Of a stretch of DNA of 52,055 nt, positions 34,923 through 46,452 are shown one piece after another. The position numbers were made by a program, and so were the translations under genes. The number at the start of each line of letters is the position of its first letter. The stretch's first letter is position 1. This stretch comes from an uncultured Actinomycetales bacterium (GTDB taxonomy: Bacteria; Actinomycetota; Actinomycetes; Actinomycetales; Angustibacteraceae): assembly GCA_964243295.1 (NCBI GenBank), contig CAXTEJ010000025.1, positions 1 to 52,055 on the forward strand, given 5' to 3'. The notes below the pieces were generated by a model, which saw only the letters and a list, made by a program, of their open reading frames with translations, was not told the origin of the DNA and did not search any database.

Positions 34923-35885
34923 TCAGCGCGTGAGGGTGAGTGGCGGTCGTTGCCGCAGGGTCATGACGGCCCGCGTGACGGCCACGACGAGCAGGCACGC
35001 CCCCAGCATGTGCAGCGCGACCGCGACGACCGGCAGGCCGGTGAGGTACTGCACGTACCCGATCAGACCCTGCAGCAGCCCGACGCCCAGCACGACCAGG
35101 CCGGCGCGGCGGGCGGCGGCGGGGGCATCGGTGAGGCGCAGCGCCACGAGCAGTGCCAGGAGCACGCCGAACCACACGAGCACGGCGTCGGCGTGCAGCC
35201 AGCTGATGGCGCGCGGGTCGAAGCCGAAGCGCGCGTTCGCGCCCTCGTCGCCCGAGTGCGGGCCGGAGCCGGTGACGACGGTGCCCAGCACCACGACCAC
35301 GGCGGTCAGCGCCGCGAGCGCGAGCGCCATCCACCACAGCTCGGCCCGGACGACGAGCGCCGGCCGGCCGTCCGGCTGCCCCATCCGCACGAGCAGGGCG
35401 ACCGAGCAGGCGACGATCACGGCCGAGACCAGGAAGTGCAGCGCCACGGTGGCCGGCGACAGGCCGGTGAGCACGGTGACGCCCCCGATGACCGCCTGCG
35501 CGACGACACCGAGCAGCGGGACCGCGCCGAACGCGACCAGCCGGCGCGGCCTGCGGCGGCGCACGACGTCGACGACCACGGCGACCAGCGACAGCAGGGC
35601 CGTGACGCCCACGACGCTGATCAGCGTGCGGTTGCCGAACTCGATGTACTTGTGGAAGCCCTGCGCCTGGTCGGCGACCGGGACGTACGACCCGTCCACG
35701 CACTCGGGCCAGGTCGGGCAGCCCAGGCCCGAGCCGGTGAGGCGGACCACGCCGCCGGTGACGACGATGCTCACCTGCGCGACGACGTTCGCGATCAGCG
35801 ACCACCGCATCCAGGCGCGCAGCCCGTCAGTGGCAGCCGGGCGCACGTCCCGCGCGGGAGGGGTCAGCTGCGCCGAGGTCGCCAC
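34923..35885 (-). CDS. ctaA: Heme A synthase (COX15/CtaA)
   Basis: Multi-TM. Conserved Cys pair in loop 1 (GSGLGCPTWPECVDG) and His ligands (ALHFLVS, ALHMLGA). GTG 35885 chosen; ATG 35810 is the alternative. The 630-aa ORF-track entry runs on through the repeat array and is rejected upstream of 35885. Confidence 0.8.
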   Translation of the reverse strand: MATSAQLTPPARDVRPAATDGLRAWMRWSLIANVVAQVSIVVTGGVVRLTGSGLGCPTWPECVDGSYVPVADQAQGFHKYIEFGNRTLISVVGVTALLSLVAVVVDVVRRRRPRRLVAFGAVPLLGVVAQAVIGGVTVLTGLSPATVALHFLVSAVIVACSVALLVRMGQPDGRPALVVRAELWWMALALAALTAVVVVLGTVVTGSGPHSGDEGANARFGFDPRAISWLHADAVLVWFGVLLALLVALRLTDAPAAARRAGLVVLGVGLLQGLIGYVQYLTGLPVVAVALHMLGACLLVVAVTRAVMTLRQRPPLTLTR

Positions 35886-35982
35886 GGGTCCAGGGTAGGT
35901 CAGCCGCGTCCCGCCGGCCGGTGCCCATCGCGCCGTGTGACGCAGCCGACCCGCCGCCGCGACGTCCGCCCGCCGCCCCCTC

Positions 35983-36112
35983 CCGTGATCATGCAATCCT
36001 GGCCCGCGGCCTCGCGTGATCATGCGATCCCGGCCCACCCGACGGCGCCCCTCGTCCTGATCATGCACGTGTGGCCCAGCCCTGCCGTGATCATGCACGT
36101 CCGGCCCAACCC
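35983..36112 (+). repeat. Array of 4 forward copies (plus 1 degenerate) of the dispersed repeat unit, upstream of the GNAT gene
   Basis: cccgtgatcatgcaatcctggccc / gcgtgatcatgcgatcccggccc / cctgatcatgcacgtgtggccc / ccgtgatcatgcacgtccggccc at 31- to 41-bp spacing; same family as 23288-23510. Confidence 0.75.
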
Positions 36113-36368
36113 CTCGTGCTGATCCGGCGATCCCTGCCCGCCCCGTCGCCCTCGGTCCCGGGCCGTCGGCCCGGCGATGGCTGCAGGTGCCGTTGTGACA
36201 GCCGGGTGGTGATGCAGCCACGTCGTGCACACGCCGGTGTCCACGCTGCCAATCCGGGCACAGGCACCCCTGCGGCGGAACGGCGTGAACACGGACCCAC
36301 GAGGCCTTCCCAGCCGGAAGCCGACAGCCGACGTCCAGCACGACACACGTCGGCCTAGGCTGCCGCCC

Positions 36369-36854
36369 GTGCGCATCCGCCCCGCCACCGAGCCGGACTG
36401 GCCCTCGATGTGGCCGCTCGTGGCGGAGGTGGCCGCCGCGGGGGAGACCTACGCCCTGCCCGACGACCTCACCTCGGAGGTCGCGCGTGACATGTGGCTG
36501 GAGCAGCCGCCCGGTCTCACGGTCGTCGCGGTCGAGGGCGACGTCGTCCTGGGGATGGCGAAGACGGGCCCCAACCGGCCCGGCCGCGGTGCGCACGTGT
36601 CGACGGCCAGCTTCATGGTGGCCGGGTGGGCGCGAGGCCGCGGCGTCGGGCGGGCCCTGTGTGAGCACGTCCTCGAGCATGCGCGGGACGCCGGCTACCG
36701 CAGCATGCAGTTCAACGCCGTCGTCGAGACCAACACCGTCGCCGTGCGGTTGTGGCGGTCGCTCGGCTTCGAGGTGCTGACCACGGTGCCCGAGGCGTTC
36801 GATCACCCGGTCCACGGGCTGGTCGGGCTGAACGTGATGTTCACGCGGCTCTGA
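36369..36854 (+). CDS. GNAT family N-acetyltransferase
   Basis: 161 aa from GTG. Acetyl-CoA-binding motif A region (MVAGWARGRGVGRALCEHVLEHARDAGYRSMQ) and LWRSLGFEV. ORF-track start 36225 adds 48 codons with noticeably lower GC3 and two hairpins, so it was taken as leader. Confidence 0.7.
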   Translation: MRIRPATEPDWPSMWPLVAEVAAAGETYALPDDLTSEVARDMWLEQPPGLTVVAVEGDVVLGMAKTGPNRPGRGAHVSTASFMVAGWARGRGVGRALCEHVLEHARDAGYRSMQFNAVVETNTVAVRLWRSLGFEVLTTVPEAFDHPVHGLVGLNVMFTRL

Positions 36855-36865
36855 CCGAGGAGGAC

Positions 36866-36982
36866 GGGCCGCGATCGCATGATCACGGCGGAGGCGGCGG
36901 GGCGGCGAGCGGGCCGGGATTGCATGATCACGGCGGAGGCTGCGGGACGGCGAGCGGGCCGGGATTGCATGATCACGGCGGG
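36866..36982 (+). repeat. Array of 3 reverse-orientation copies of the dispersed repeat unit at 44-bp period, downstream of the GNAT gene
   Basis: gggccgcgatcgcatgatcacggcgg / gggccgggattgcatgatcacggcgg / gggccgggattgcatgatcacggcgg. 'Spacers' nearly identical (aggcggcggggcggcgagc vs aggctgcgggacggcgagc), so tandem duplication, not CRISPR. Confidence 0.75.
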
Positions 36983-37004
36983 GTGGGCGCGCGGTCAGTC
37001 CCAG

Positions 37005-37043
37005 CGGTGAGTCCCAGCAGTCAGTCCCAGTGGAACCAGCGGG
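37005..37043 (+). repeat. 3 x ~13-bp tandem repeat (gtcagtcccagcg-like) overlapping the 3' end of the ABC permease gene
   Basis: gtcagtcccagcg gtgagtcccagca gtcagtcccagtg; encodes the ...WFHWD* C-terminus on the opposite strand and extends into intergenic DNA. Confidence 0.5.
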
Positions 37044-37785
37044 CGGCGGCGGCGCCGGCGACGGCGGCCCACACCAGCAGCACGGCGCAGGGGCCGAGCG
37101 CGAGGTGCCCGCCGACCAGGGCGCTGCGCATGGCCTCGCCGAGGGCGCCGGAGGGCAGGGCCTCGGCGACGTGCGAGAGCACGGGCGGCAGCCGGTCGGC
37201 CGGCACGACGACGCCGCCGCCGGCGAGCAGGAGCACCCACAGCAGGTTGGCGGCGGCCAGCGTGGCCTCGGCCCGCAGCGTCCCGGCGAGCAGCAGAGCC
37301 AGGGCCACGAACGCCGCCGTGCCGAGGACGACGGCCACGACCGCCGCGGGGACGCCGAACCACCGCGGGTGCCAGCCGAGGGCCAGGCCGAGGCCGCCGA
37401 GGACCACGACCTGCAGCACCTGCACGGCCAGCACGGCCACGACCTTGCCCGCCAGCAGCCCCGACCGGCCGAGCGGCGTGGTGCCGAGCATGCGCAGCAC
37501 GCCGTAGCGGCGGTCGAACCCGGCGGCGATCGCCTGGCCGCTGAACGACGTCGACATGACCGCGAGCGTCAGCACTCCGGGCACCAGGACGTCGATGCGG
37601 CGTCCGGCACCGAGGTCGGGCGTCGACGTCCGCTCGAGGGCCACGAGCAGCAGCACGGGGAGCGCGATCGCGAGCAGCAGCTGCTCGGCGTTGCCGAGGA
37701 TGAGCCGGGTCTCGAGCCGACCCTGGGCCAGCACGCGGCGCGCCAGCGACGCTGCGGCCGGGGGGGCGAGGGCGGGCGCCGTCAC
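37021..37785 (-). CDS. ABC-2 type transporter permease
   Basis: 254 aa from GTG (GTGA overlap with the ATPase stop). Six hydrophobic segments. Position equivalent to Rv1457c. Confidence 0.75.
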   Translation of the reverse strand: MTAPALAPPAAASLARRVLAQGRLETRLILGNAEQLLLAIALPVLLLVALERTSTPDLGAGRRIDVLVPGVLTLAVMSTSFSGQAIAAGFDRRYGVLRMLGTTPLGRSGLLAGKVVAVLAVQVLQVVVLGGLGLALGWHPRWFGVPAAVVAVVLGTAAFVALALLLAGTLRAEATLAAANLLWVLLLAGGGVVVPADRLPPVLSHVAEALPSGALGEAMRSALVGGHLALGPCAVLLVWAAVAGAAAARWFHWD

Positions 37786-38711
37786 CGACGGCCACCGGTC
37801 AGGTCGAGGAAGACGTCCTCCAGGCTGCGGCGACCGACGGTCAGGCCCTGCGGCATGACCTGCTGCGACGCGCACCACGAGGTGATGGTCGCGAGCACGA
37901 GCGGGTCGATGAGCCCGGTGATGAGGTACTGCCCGCGGGCCGGCTCGCCCACCTGGACGTCCGGTGGCAGCGCCTCGCGCATCGAGCTGAGGTCGAGCCC
38001 GGCCGGGGCGGAGAAGCGGACGGCCTCGGCGCTGTCACCGACGTCCGTGAGCGCCGTGGGCGAGCCGTGGGCGACGACGGTGCCGGCCGAGACCAGCACC
38101 ACGTCGTCGGCGAGGCGCTCGGCCTCCTCGATCAGGTGCGTGGTGAGGACGACGGCCGTGCCCGACGCGCGGATCTCACCCACGAGCTCCCACACGGCGA
38201 TCCTGGCCTGCGGGTCGAGGCCGGCGCTCGGCTCGTCGAGGAACAGCACGCGGGGCCGGCCGACCACGGCGCAGGCGAGGGCCACGCGCTGGCGCTGCCC
38301 GCCGGACAGCCGGCGCACCGGCGTCCGGTCGAGGTCGGCGATGCCGAGACGCTCGGCGAGCACCAGCGGGTCGAGCGGCGCGGCGTGCATCCGGGCGACG
38401 TGGCGCACGAGCTCGAGCGGGCGGGCGCCGTTGGGCAGGCCGCCTCCCTGCAGCATCACGCCGACGGCCGCCCGGTGGTCGGGGCCGGCGGTGAGGGGAT
38501 CGGCGCCCAGCACGCGGACGGTGCCCGAGTCGGGGGAGCGCAGGCCCTCGCAGCACTCGATCGTGGTGGTCTTGCCCGCGCCGTTGGTGCCGAGCACCGC
38601 GGTGACCTCGCCGGCAGCGGCGGTGAAGGACAGCCCGTCGACCACCCGGCGCCCGGCGTAGGACTTCACCAGCCCGTCGACGACCACGAGGTGGTCGCGC
38701 GGGCTGGGCAT
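37782..38711 (-). CDS. ABC transporter ATP-binding protein
   Basis: 309 aa from ATG (CGAGG SD). Walker A GTNGAGKTT, signature LSGGQRQRV, Walker B VLFLDEPSAGLD. ORF-track start 38786 adds 25 unneeded residues. Confidence 0.85.
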   Translation of the reverse strand: MPSPRDHLVVVDGLVKSYAGRRVVDGLSFTAAAGEVTAVLGTNGAGKTTTIECCEGLRSPDSGTVRVLGADPLTAGPDHRAAVGVMLQGGGLPNGARPLELVRHVARMHAAPLDPLVLAERLGIADLDRTPVRRLSGGQRQRVALACAVVGRPRVLFLDEPSAGLDPQARIAVWELVGEIRASGTAVVLTTHLIEEAERLADDVVLVSAGTVVAHGSPTALTDVGDSAEAVRFSAPAGLDLSSMREALPPDVQVGEPARGQYLITGLIDPLVLATITSWCASQQVMPQGLTVGRRSLEDVFLDLTGGRR

Positions 38712-38792
38712 GGCCTCGAGTGTAGGTCGCCGCCCCCGAGCCGCCTGCACCGATCGCGCGCTGCCCCGGTTGAGTGCAGCGGCCAATTAGCG

Positions 38793-38811
38793 CACACTGG
38801 TGTTGTGCAAT
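38793..38811 (+). promoter_or_regulatory. Candidate SufR operator (ACACT-N5-TGTGC palindrome) overlapping the sufR start
   Basis: gcACACTggtgtTGTGCaa; inverted repeat GCACA/TGTGC with nested ACAC/GTGT, immediately at the sufR GTG. Resembles the palindromic SufR box described for the mycobacterial suf operon (recalled from literature, not searched). Confidence 0.45.
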
Positions 38812-39569
38812 TCGCTCCCACCCCGGACGTCGCGGACGCGCGCGCCCAGGACTCCCGGACGCGTGACCGCGTGGCGCGGGCCGTCCTCGAGCACGGTCCC
38901 CTCACGGCCAGCGACCTCGCCTGCCGGCTGGGCCTGACCTCCGCGGCCGTGCGCCGCCACCTCGACGCCCTCGCGGCGGCTGGGCTGGCCGACGTCCGGC
39001 CGGCTGCGACGGCGCCCGAGAGCTCGCGTGGCCGGGGTCGACCGGCTCGTGCCTACGTGCTGACGACCGCCGGCCACCACGCCATCGCCACGGCCGACGC
39101 GTCCTCGGCGTCCGACGACCTCGCGGTCGAGGCGCTCGCGTTCGTGGCCGAGCAGCTCGGGCCGGAGGCGGTGCACGCGCTCGCCGAGCGCCGGGTCGCC
39201 GGGCTCGAGGAGCGCTACGCCGAGCTGGTCGCCGCGGCCGGTCCCGACGTCGCCGCCCGCACCAGGGCGCTCGCTGCCGCGCTGTCCGCCGACGGATACG
39301 CTGCGTCGACGCGCAGCGCGGGGGCTGCGGGCACGCAGCTGTGCCAGGGCCACTGCCCCGTCCAGCACGTCGCTGCGCGCTTCCCCCAGCTGTGCGAGGC
39401 CGAGACCCGGCTGTTCTCCCGCCTGCTCGGCGTCCACGTGCAGCGGCTGGCCACCCAGGCCGGCGGCGCCCACGTGTGCACCACCCACGTTCCCACCGGC
39501 GCGACCGGTACCACCCGCACCACCTCGTCCAGCACGACACGGACACCCGACGGAAGGACCCGCTCATGA
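38805..39569 (+). CDS. sufR: Fe-S cluster assembly transcriptional repressor SufR (ArsR-type HTH with C-terminal Cys cluster)
   Basis: 254 aa from GTG. HTH ([30 protein letters not shown]), conserved C-terminal cysteines ([11 protein letters not shown]...FPQLCEAE). The 500-aa ORF-track entry's upstream part overlaps the ABC ATPase and is rejected. Confidence 0.8.
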   Translation: MQFAPTPDVADARAQDSRTRDRVARAVLEHGPLTASDLACRLGLTSAAVRRHLDALAAAGLADVRPAATAPESSRGRGRPARAYVLTTAGHHAIATADASSASDDLAVEALAFVAEQLGPEAVHALAERRVAGLEERYAELVAAAGPDVAARTRALAAALSADGYAASTRSAGAAGTQLCQGHCPVQHVAARFPQLCEAETRLFSRLLGVHVQRLATQAGGAHVCTTHVPTGATGTTRTTSSSTTRTPDGRTRS

Positions 39570-41017
39570 CCTCCACCCCGACCACCGGCACCCCGGCCAG
39601 CAACGTGCCGGAGGCGACCCAGCGCGAGATCGACGACCTGGGCCGCTACGCCTTCGGCTGGGCGGACTCCGACACCGCGGGGGCCGTCGCCAAGCGCGGT
39701 CTGTCCGAGGACGTCGTCGCCGACATCTCCGGCCGCAAGAACGAGCCCGAGTGGATGCTGCGCACCCGCCAGAAGGCGCTGAAGATGTTCTACAAGAAGC
39801 CCATGCCGAGCTGGGGCAGCGACCTCACGGGCATCGACTTCGACAACATCAAGTACTTCGTGAAGTCGACGGAGAAGCAGGCCACCACGTGGGACGAGCT
39901 TCCCGAGGACATCAAGAACACCTACGACAAGCTCGGCATCCCCGAGGCGGAGAAGCAGCGCCTCGTCGGCGGAGTCGCCGCGCAGTACGAGTCCGAGGTC
40001 GTCTACCACCAGATCCGCGAGGACCTGGAGGAGAAGGGCGTCATCTTCGTCGACACCGACACCGGGCTGCGCGAGCACGAGGACCTGTTCCGCGAGCACT
40101 TCGGCACCGTCATCCCCACCGGCGACAACAAGTTCGCCGCGCTCAACACCTCGGTGTGGAGCGGCGGGTCCTTCATCTACGTGCCCCCGGGCGTGCACAT
40201 CGACATCCCGCTGCAGGCCTACTTCCGGATCAACACCGAGAACATGGGCCAGTTCGAGCGCACGCTGATCATCGCCGACGAGGGCTCCTACGTGCACTAC
40301 GTCGAGGGCTGCACGGCGCCGATCTACAAGAGCGACTCGCTGCACAGCGCCGTCGTCGAGATCGTCGTGAAGAAGAACGCCCGCGTGCGCTACACGACCA
40401 TCCAGAACTGGTCCAACAACGTCTACAACCTCGTCACCAAGCGGGCCACCGCCGCCGAGGGCGCCACCATGGAGTGGGTCGACGGCAACATCGGCTCCAA
40501 GGTGACCATGAAGTACCCGGCGATCTTCCTCATGGGCGAGCACGCCAAGGGCGAGACGCTGTCGATCGCCTTCGCCGGCGAGGGCCAGCACCAGGACGCC
40601 GGCGCCAAGATGGTGCACGCGGCGCCCCACACGTCGTCCTCGATCATCAGCAAGTCGGTCGCCCGCGGCGGCGGCCGGACGTCCTACCGCGGGCTGGTGC
40701 AGGTGCTCGAGGGCGCCCACCACTCGGCCTCGACGGTGCGCTGCGACGCCCTGCTCGTCGACACGATCAGCCGGTCCGACACCTACCCCTACGTCGACGT
40801 CCGCGAGGACGACGTGTCGATGGGCCACGAGGCCACGGTCTCCAAGGTGAGCGCCGACCAGCTGTTCTACCTGATGTCGCGCGGCATGGCCGAGGACGAG
40901 GCCATGGCCATGATCGTGCGCGGGTTCGTCGAGCCCATCGCGCGCGAGCTGCCGATGGAGTACGCCCTCGAGCTGAACCGCCTGATCGAGCTGCAGATGG
41001 AGGGCGCTGTCGGATGA
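39566..41017 (+). CDS. sufB: Fe-S cluster assembly protein SufB
   Basis: 483 aa, ATGA overlap with sufR. Highly conserved SufB core ([15 protein letters not shown]..., [22 protein letters not shown]). Confidence 0.95.
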   Translation: MTSTPTTGTPASNVPEATQREIDDLGRYAFGWADSDTAGAVAKRGLSEDVVADISGRKNEPEWMLRTRQKALKMFYKKPMPSWGSDLTGIDFDNIKYFVKSTEKQATTWDELPEDIKNTYDKLGIPEAEKQRLVGGVAAQYESEVVYHQIREDLEEKGVIFVDTDTGLREHEDLFREHFGTVIPTGDNKFAALNTSVWSGGSFIYVPPGVHIDIPLQAYFRINTENMGQFERTLIIADEGSYVHYVEGCTAPIYKSDSLHSAVVEIVVKKNARVRYTTIQNWSNNVYNLVTKRATAAEGATMEWVDGNIGSKVTMKYPAIFLMGEHAKGETLSIAFAGEGQHQDAGAKMVHAAPHTSSSIISKSVARGGGRTSYRGLVQVLEGAHHSASTVRCDALLVDTISRSDTYPYVDVREDDVSMGHEATVSKVSADQLFYLMSRGMAEDEAMAMIVRGFVEPIARELPMEYALELNRLIELQMEGAVG

Positions 41018-42372
41018 CCGACACCACCCAGACCGACGTCCCGCACGTGTCCGACGAGGTGACCACGCAGGAGCACGCGGTCGACCACGCCGCCGCGGCA
41101 CCCTCGCCGGTCGTGATGAGCTCGTCCGAGGCGCCCGGGCCCGGCTACTCGGCGGTCGACGCCACCGGCGACCCGGCGGCGGAGCCCGATGAGCTCGTGC
41201 AGCACGGCCTCGTCGAGCACTCCCACGGCGCCGGCTCGCCGATCCCCGACCAGTCGCGCGCCGAGCGGCGCACGTCCTTCGACGTCGCCGACTTCGCCGT
41301 GCCCACCGGGCGCGAGGAGGAGTGGCGCTTCACCCCGCTCGACCTGGTGCGCCAGGTGCTCGAGGACGCTCCCACCGACGAGGGTGCCGCCCACGTCGTC
41401 GTCGACGCCCCCGGCGCGACGGTGGGGCTGCTCACCGCCGGGCAGGCGCCGCGCGGCACCGCTCTGGTGCCCGCCGACCGCGCCGCGGTCGTCGCGCACG
41501 CGGGCACTCCGGAGGCGCTGCACGTGCGGATCCCGCACGACGCCGAGCTCGCCGAGCCCGTCCGCGTGACGGTCACGGGCGCGGCGGGCCTGCGTGGCAA
41601 CCAGCACGTCGTGATCGAAGCGGGCCGTCACAGCCGCGCGACCGTCGTGCTCGACCACGTCGGCTCCGGCCGCCACACCGGCAACGTCGAGATCGTCACC
41701 GGCGACGGCAGCGACCTCACGGTCGTCACGCTGCAGCGCTGGGACGACGACGCCGTGCACCTCGCCCAGCACGACGCCCTCGTGGGCCGTGACGCGCGCT
41801 TCAAGCACGTCGCGGTCTCGCTGGGCGGCAAGGTCGTGCGGCTGAACGCCAACGTGCGCTACGCCGGCCCCGGCGGCGACGCGACGCTGCTCGGCGTCTA
41901 CTTCGCCGACGCCGGCCAGCACCTCGAGCACCGCTCGTTCGTCGACCACGAGCCGGCGCGCTGCACCAGCCTGGTCACCTACAAGGGCGCGCTGCAGGGC
42001 GACACCGCCCGCACGGTGTGGGTCGGCGACGTGCTGATCCGCGCGAGCGCCGAGGGCACCCAGACCTACGAGCTCAACCGCAACCTGGTGCTCACCGACG
42101 GCGGTCGCGCCGACTCGGTGCCCAACCTCGAGATCGAGACCGGCCAGATCGAGGGGGCCGGGCACGCGAGCGCCACCGGCCGCTTCGACGACGAGCAGCT
42201 GTTCTACCTGCAGGCACGCGGCATCCCCGAGATCGAGGCCCGCCGGCTCGTCGTCCGCGGCTTCTTCGCCGACGTGGTCGCGCAGATCGGCGTCCCTGAC
42301 GTCCAGCAGCTGCTCATGGCGGCGATCGAGGACGAGCTCGCGGGCGCCATGGTCGAGGGGGCGCGGCTGTGA
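41014..42372 (+). CDS. sufD: Fe-S cluster assembly protein SufD
   Basis: 452 aa, ATGA overlap with sufB. SufBD beta-helix C-terminus (..[34 protein letters not shown]..). Confidence 0.9.
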   Translation: MTDTTQTDVPHVSDEVTTQEHAVDHAAAAPSPVVMSSSEAPGPGYSAVDATGDPAAEPDELVQHGLVEHSHGAGSPIPDQSRAERRTSFDVADFAVPTGREEEWRFTPLDLVRQVLEDAPTDEGAAHVVVDAPGATVGLLTAGQAPRGTALVPADRAAVVAHAGTPEALHVRIPHDAELAEPVRVTVTGAAGLRGNQHVVIEAGRHSRATVVLDHVGSGRHTGNVEIVTGDGSDLTVVTLQRWDDDAVHLAQHDALVGRDARFKHVAVSLGGKVVRLNANVRYAGPGGDATLLGVYFADAGQHLEHRSFVDHEPARCTSLVTYKGALQGDTARTVWVGDVLIRASAEGTQTYELNRNLVLTDGGRADSVPNLEIETGQIEGAGHASATGRFDDEQLFYLQARGIPEIEARRLVVRGFFADVVAQIGVPDVQQLLMAAIEDELAGAMVEGARL

Positions 42373-42743
42373 GCTTCCAGCCCACCGTCGCCCTGGCGAG
42401 CCTGCAGCCCGGCAGCGCGGTCAAGGTCGAGGTCGAGGGCAAGGCCGTCGCCGTCGCGCTCGACGAGGACGGCAGCGTGCACGCCGTCGACGACGTGTGC
42501 TCGCACGCCGAGGTCTCGCTGTCGGAGGGCGAGGTCGAGGACTGCACGATCGAGTGCTGGCTGCACGGCTCGCGCTTCGACCTGCGCACCGGCGCGCCGA
42601 CCAGCCTGCCGGCCACCGCCCCCATCGCCGTCTACGCCGTCGATGTCCGTGACGGCACCGTCCACGTCGACGTCACGGCCGCCCCGTCACCGACCTCCGC
42701 ACCGGGCGCGTCCCGCGTGCCCGCCACACCCAAGGAGAGCTGA
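42369..42743 (+). CDS. Rieske [2Fe-2S] ferredoxin-like protein embedded in the suf operon
   Basis: 124 aa, GTGA overlap with sufD. Rieske ligands CSHAEVSLSEGEVEDCTIECWLHGSRFDL (CxH...CxxH). Confidence 0.8.
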   Translation: MSFQPTVALASLQPGSAVKVEVEGKAVAVALDEDGSVHAVDDVCSHAEVSLSEGEVEDCTIECWLHGSRFDLRTGAPTSLPATAPIAVYAVDVRDGTVHVDVTAAPSPTSAPGASRVPATPKES

Positions 42744-42748
42744 GCCGC

Positions 42749-44845
<2,097 letters not shown>

Positions 44846-44846
<1 letters not shown>

Positions 44847-45307
44847 TGGACCTGTACCAGGAGCTCATCCTCGAGCACAGCAAGCGGCCTCACGGCATCG
44901 GGCTGCGCGAGCCGTTCGGCGCCCAGGTGCACCACGTCAACCCGACGTGCGGCGACGAGGTCACGCTGCGGGTGCGCGTCGAGGGCAGCGGCGACGACGC
45001 CGTGCTCACCGACGTGTCGTACGACGCCCTCGGTTGCGCGATCAGCCGGGCGTCGGCGTCCGTGCTGCACGACACCGTCGCCGGGCGGCCGGTGCGCGAG
45101 GTGCTCGCCACCCACACCGCCATGCACGCCATGCTCACCAGCCGCGGCGCCGACGCCGGTGACGAGCAGGTGCTCGGTGACGGCGTCGCCCTCGCCGGCG
45201 TCTCGAGGTACCCGGCGCGCGTCAAGTGCGCGCTGCTGGGATGGATGGCCCTGACCGACGCGTTGGCGCAGTCAGCGCAGCGCACGCCCCACACCCAGGA
45301 GTCCTGA
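44846..45307 (+). CDS. sufU: SUF sulfur-transfer scaffold SufU (NifU-like)
   Basis: 153 aa, ATGA overlap with sufS. MDLYQELILEHSKRPHGIG, Cys ligands NPTCGDEV..., LGCAIS, VKCALLGW. Confidence 0.9.
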
Positions 45308-45642
45308 TGACCGACACCACGACCAGCCCGATGCCGCCGACCGTGGCCGACGTCGAGGAGGCCCTGCACGACGTCGTCGACCCCGAGCTCGGCATCAACG
45401 TCGTCGACCTCGGCCTGATCTACGGCGTCACCGTCGACCAGCACGCCCACGCCGTCATCGACATGACCCTCACCAGCGCGGCCTGCCCGCTGACCGACGT
45501 CATCGAGGACCAGACCAGCGAGGCGCTCGCGGGCCTCACCAGCGGGTTCCGCATCAACTGGGTCTGGATGCCGCCGTGGGGCCCCGACAAGATCACCGAC
45601 GACGGCCGCGACCAGCTGCGGGCGCTCGGCTTCAACCTCTGA
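45307..45642 (+). CDS. sufT: SufT/DUF59 (MIP18-family) Fe-S assembly protein
   Basis: 111 aa, ATGA overlap with sufU. DPELGINVVDLGLIYGV, MTLTSAACPLTDVI. Confidence 0.8.
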   Translation: MTDTTTSPMPPTVADVEEALHDVVDPELGINVVDLGLIYGVTVDQHAHAVIDMTLTSAACPLTDVIEDQTSEALAGLTSGFRINWVWMPPWGPDKITDDGRDQLRALGFNL

Positions 45643-45760
45643 GCACGCCCTGAGCGCCGCGGGCCAGCACCGCCTGCTCGAGATCGGCGGCCCGCGGCTC
45701 GTCCGCTGGGTCGAGGGCTTCGCGCTGCGGCACGGCGACACCACGGCGGACGTCGGCCCG

Positions 45761-46300
45761 GTGGCGGTCGCGCTGACCGCCGCGGACGGCGCCACCGCCG
45801 TGCTCGAAGTGCCGTGGCCGCCGTGGACCCCGCCGCCGACGTCCGACCCCTCGTTCGTGGCGGGCGTGCTGGCCCGGCACGCCGCCCGCTCGCGCACCGT
45901 CGGGCTGCTGCTCGTGCGCCGCGGCGGCTGGGCGGTCGGCACCGCCCGTGACGGCGAGCTGATCGTGCACAAGGCCGGCACCCGCTACGTGCAGGCCCGC
46001 ACCGCCGCGGGCGGCTGGTCGCAGCAGCGCTACGCCCGCCGCCGCGGCAACCAGGCCGACGCCCTGGTCGACACGGTCACCGAGGCGGCCGCTGCCCGGC
46101 TGCAACCGGCCGACCTCGACGGCCTCGTCGTCGGTGGCGACCGGGCGCTGGTCGACGCGGTGCTCGCCGACACCGTCCTCGCGGGGGTCGCCGCGCTGCC
46201 GCGCTCGCCGCTGCTCGACGTCCCCGACCCGAGGAACGACGTGCTCGCTGCAACCGCCGAGCGGGCACGGGCCGTGCGGGTCCGGCTGACCCAGCCCTGA
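45761..46300 (+). CDS. acVLRF1-like (actinobacterial Vms1/eRF1-domain-2-like) putative peptidyl-tRNA hydrolase
   Basis: 179 aa. Segment VGLLLVRRGGWAVGT...GELIVHKAG...TAAGGWSQQRYARRRGNQAD aligns with eRF1 domain 2 (FGFIVIDGSGALFGT...EVLHKFT...GRGGQSALRFARLRMEKR). GTG is the first start after a long start-free stretch in frame. Confidence 0.6.
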   Translation: MAVALTAADGATAVLEVPWPPWTPPPTSDPSFVAGVLARHAARSRTVGLLLVRRGGWAVGTARDGELIVHKAGTRYVQARTAAGGWSQQRYARRRGNQADALVDTVTEAAAARLQPADLDGLVVGGDRALVDAVLADTVLAGVAALPRSPLLDVPDPRNDVLAATAERARAVRVRLTQP

Positions 46301-46452
46301 CGCCCGGTCGCGCGCACGAGCCGCACGATCGGGGCAGCTGTCGGCGCCAGGTGCCCCTCCCTCGCGCAGTCGGTGAGCGGCGAGGCCGCGCCCCAGGGGG
46401 AGTGCGTGGCAGGCTGCCCACCGGGTGGCCGGACGACGACGAGGAGGCGGCC

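Noticed and set aside
36225-36368. 48-codon N-terminal extension of the GNAT acetyltransferase
   Set aside because: GC3 about 80 % versus about 95 % in the body of the gene. Contains two perfect hairpins. GNAT core begins after GTG 36369. Retained only as the alternative start.
36866-36982. Possible CRISPR array (regular 44-bp period of a 26-bp repeat)
   Set aside because: Only three units, the 'spacers' are nearly identical to each other (tandem duplication), no cas genes nearby, and the same unit occurs in inverted orientation elsewhere. Called as a dispersed repeat instead.
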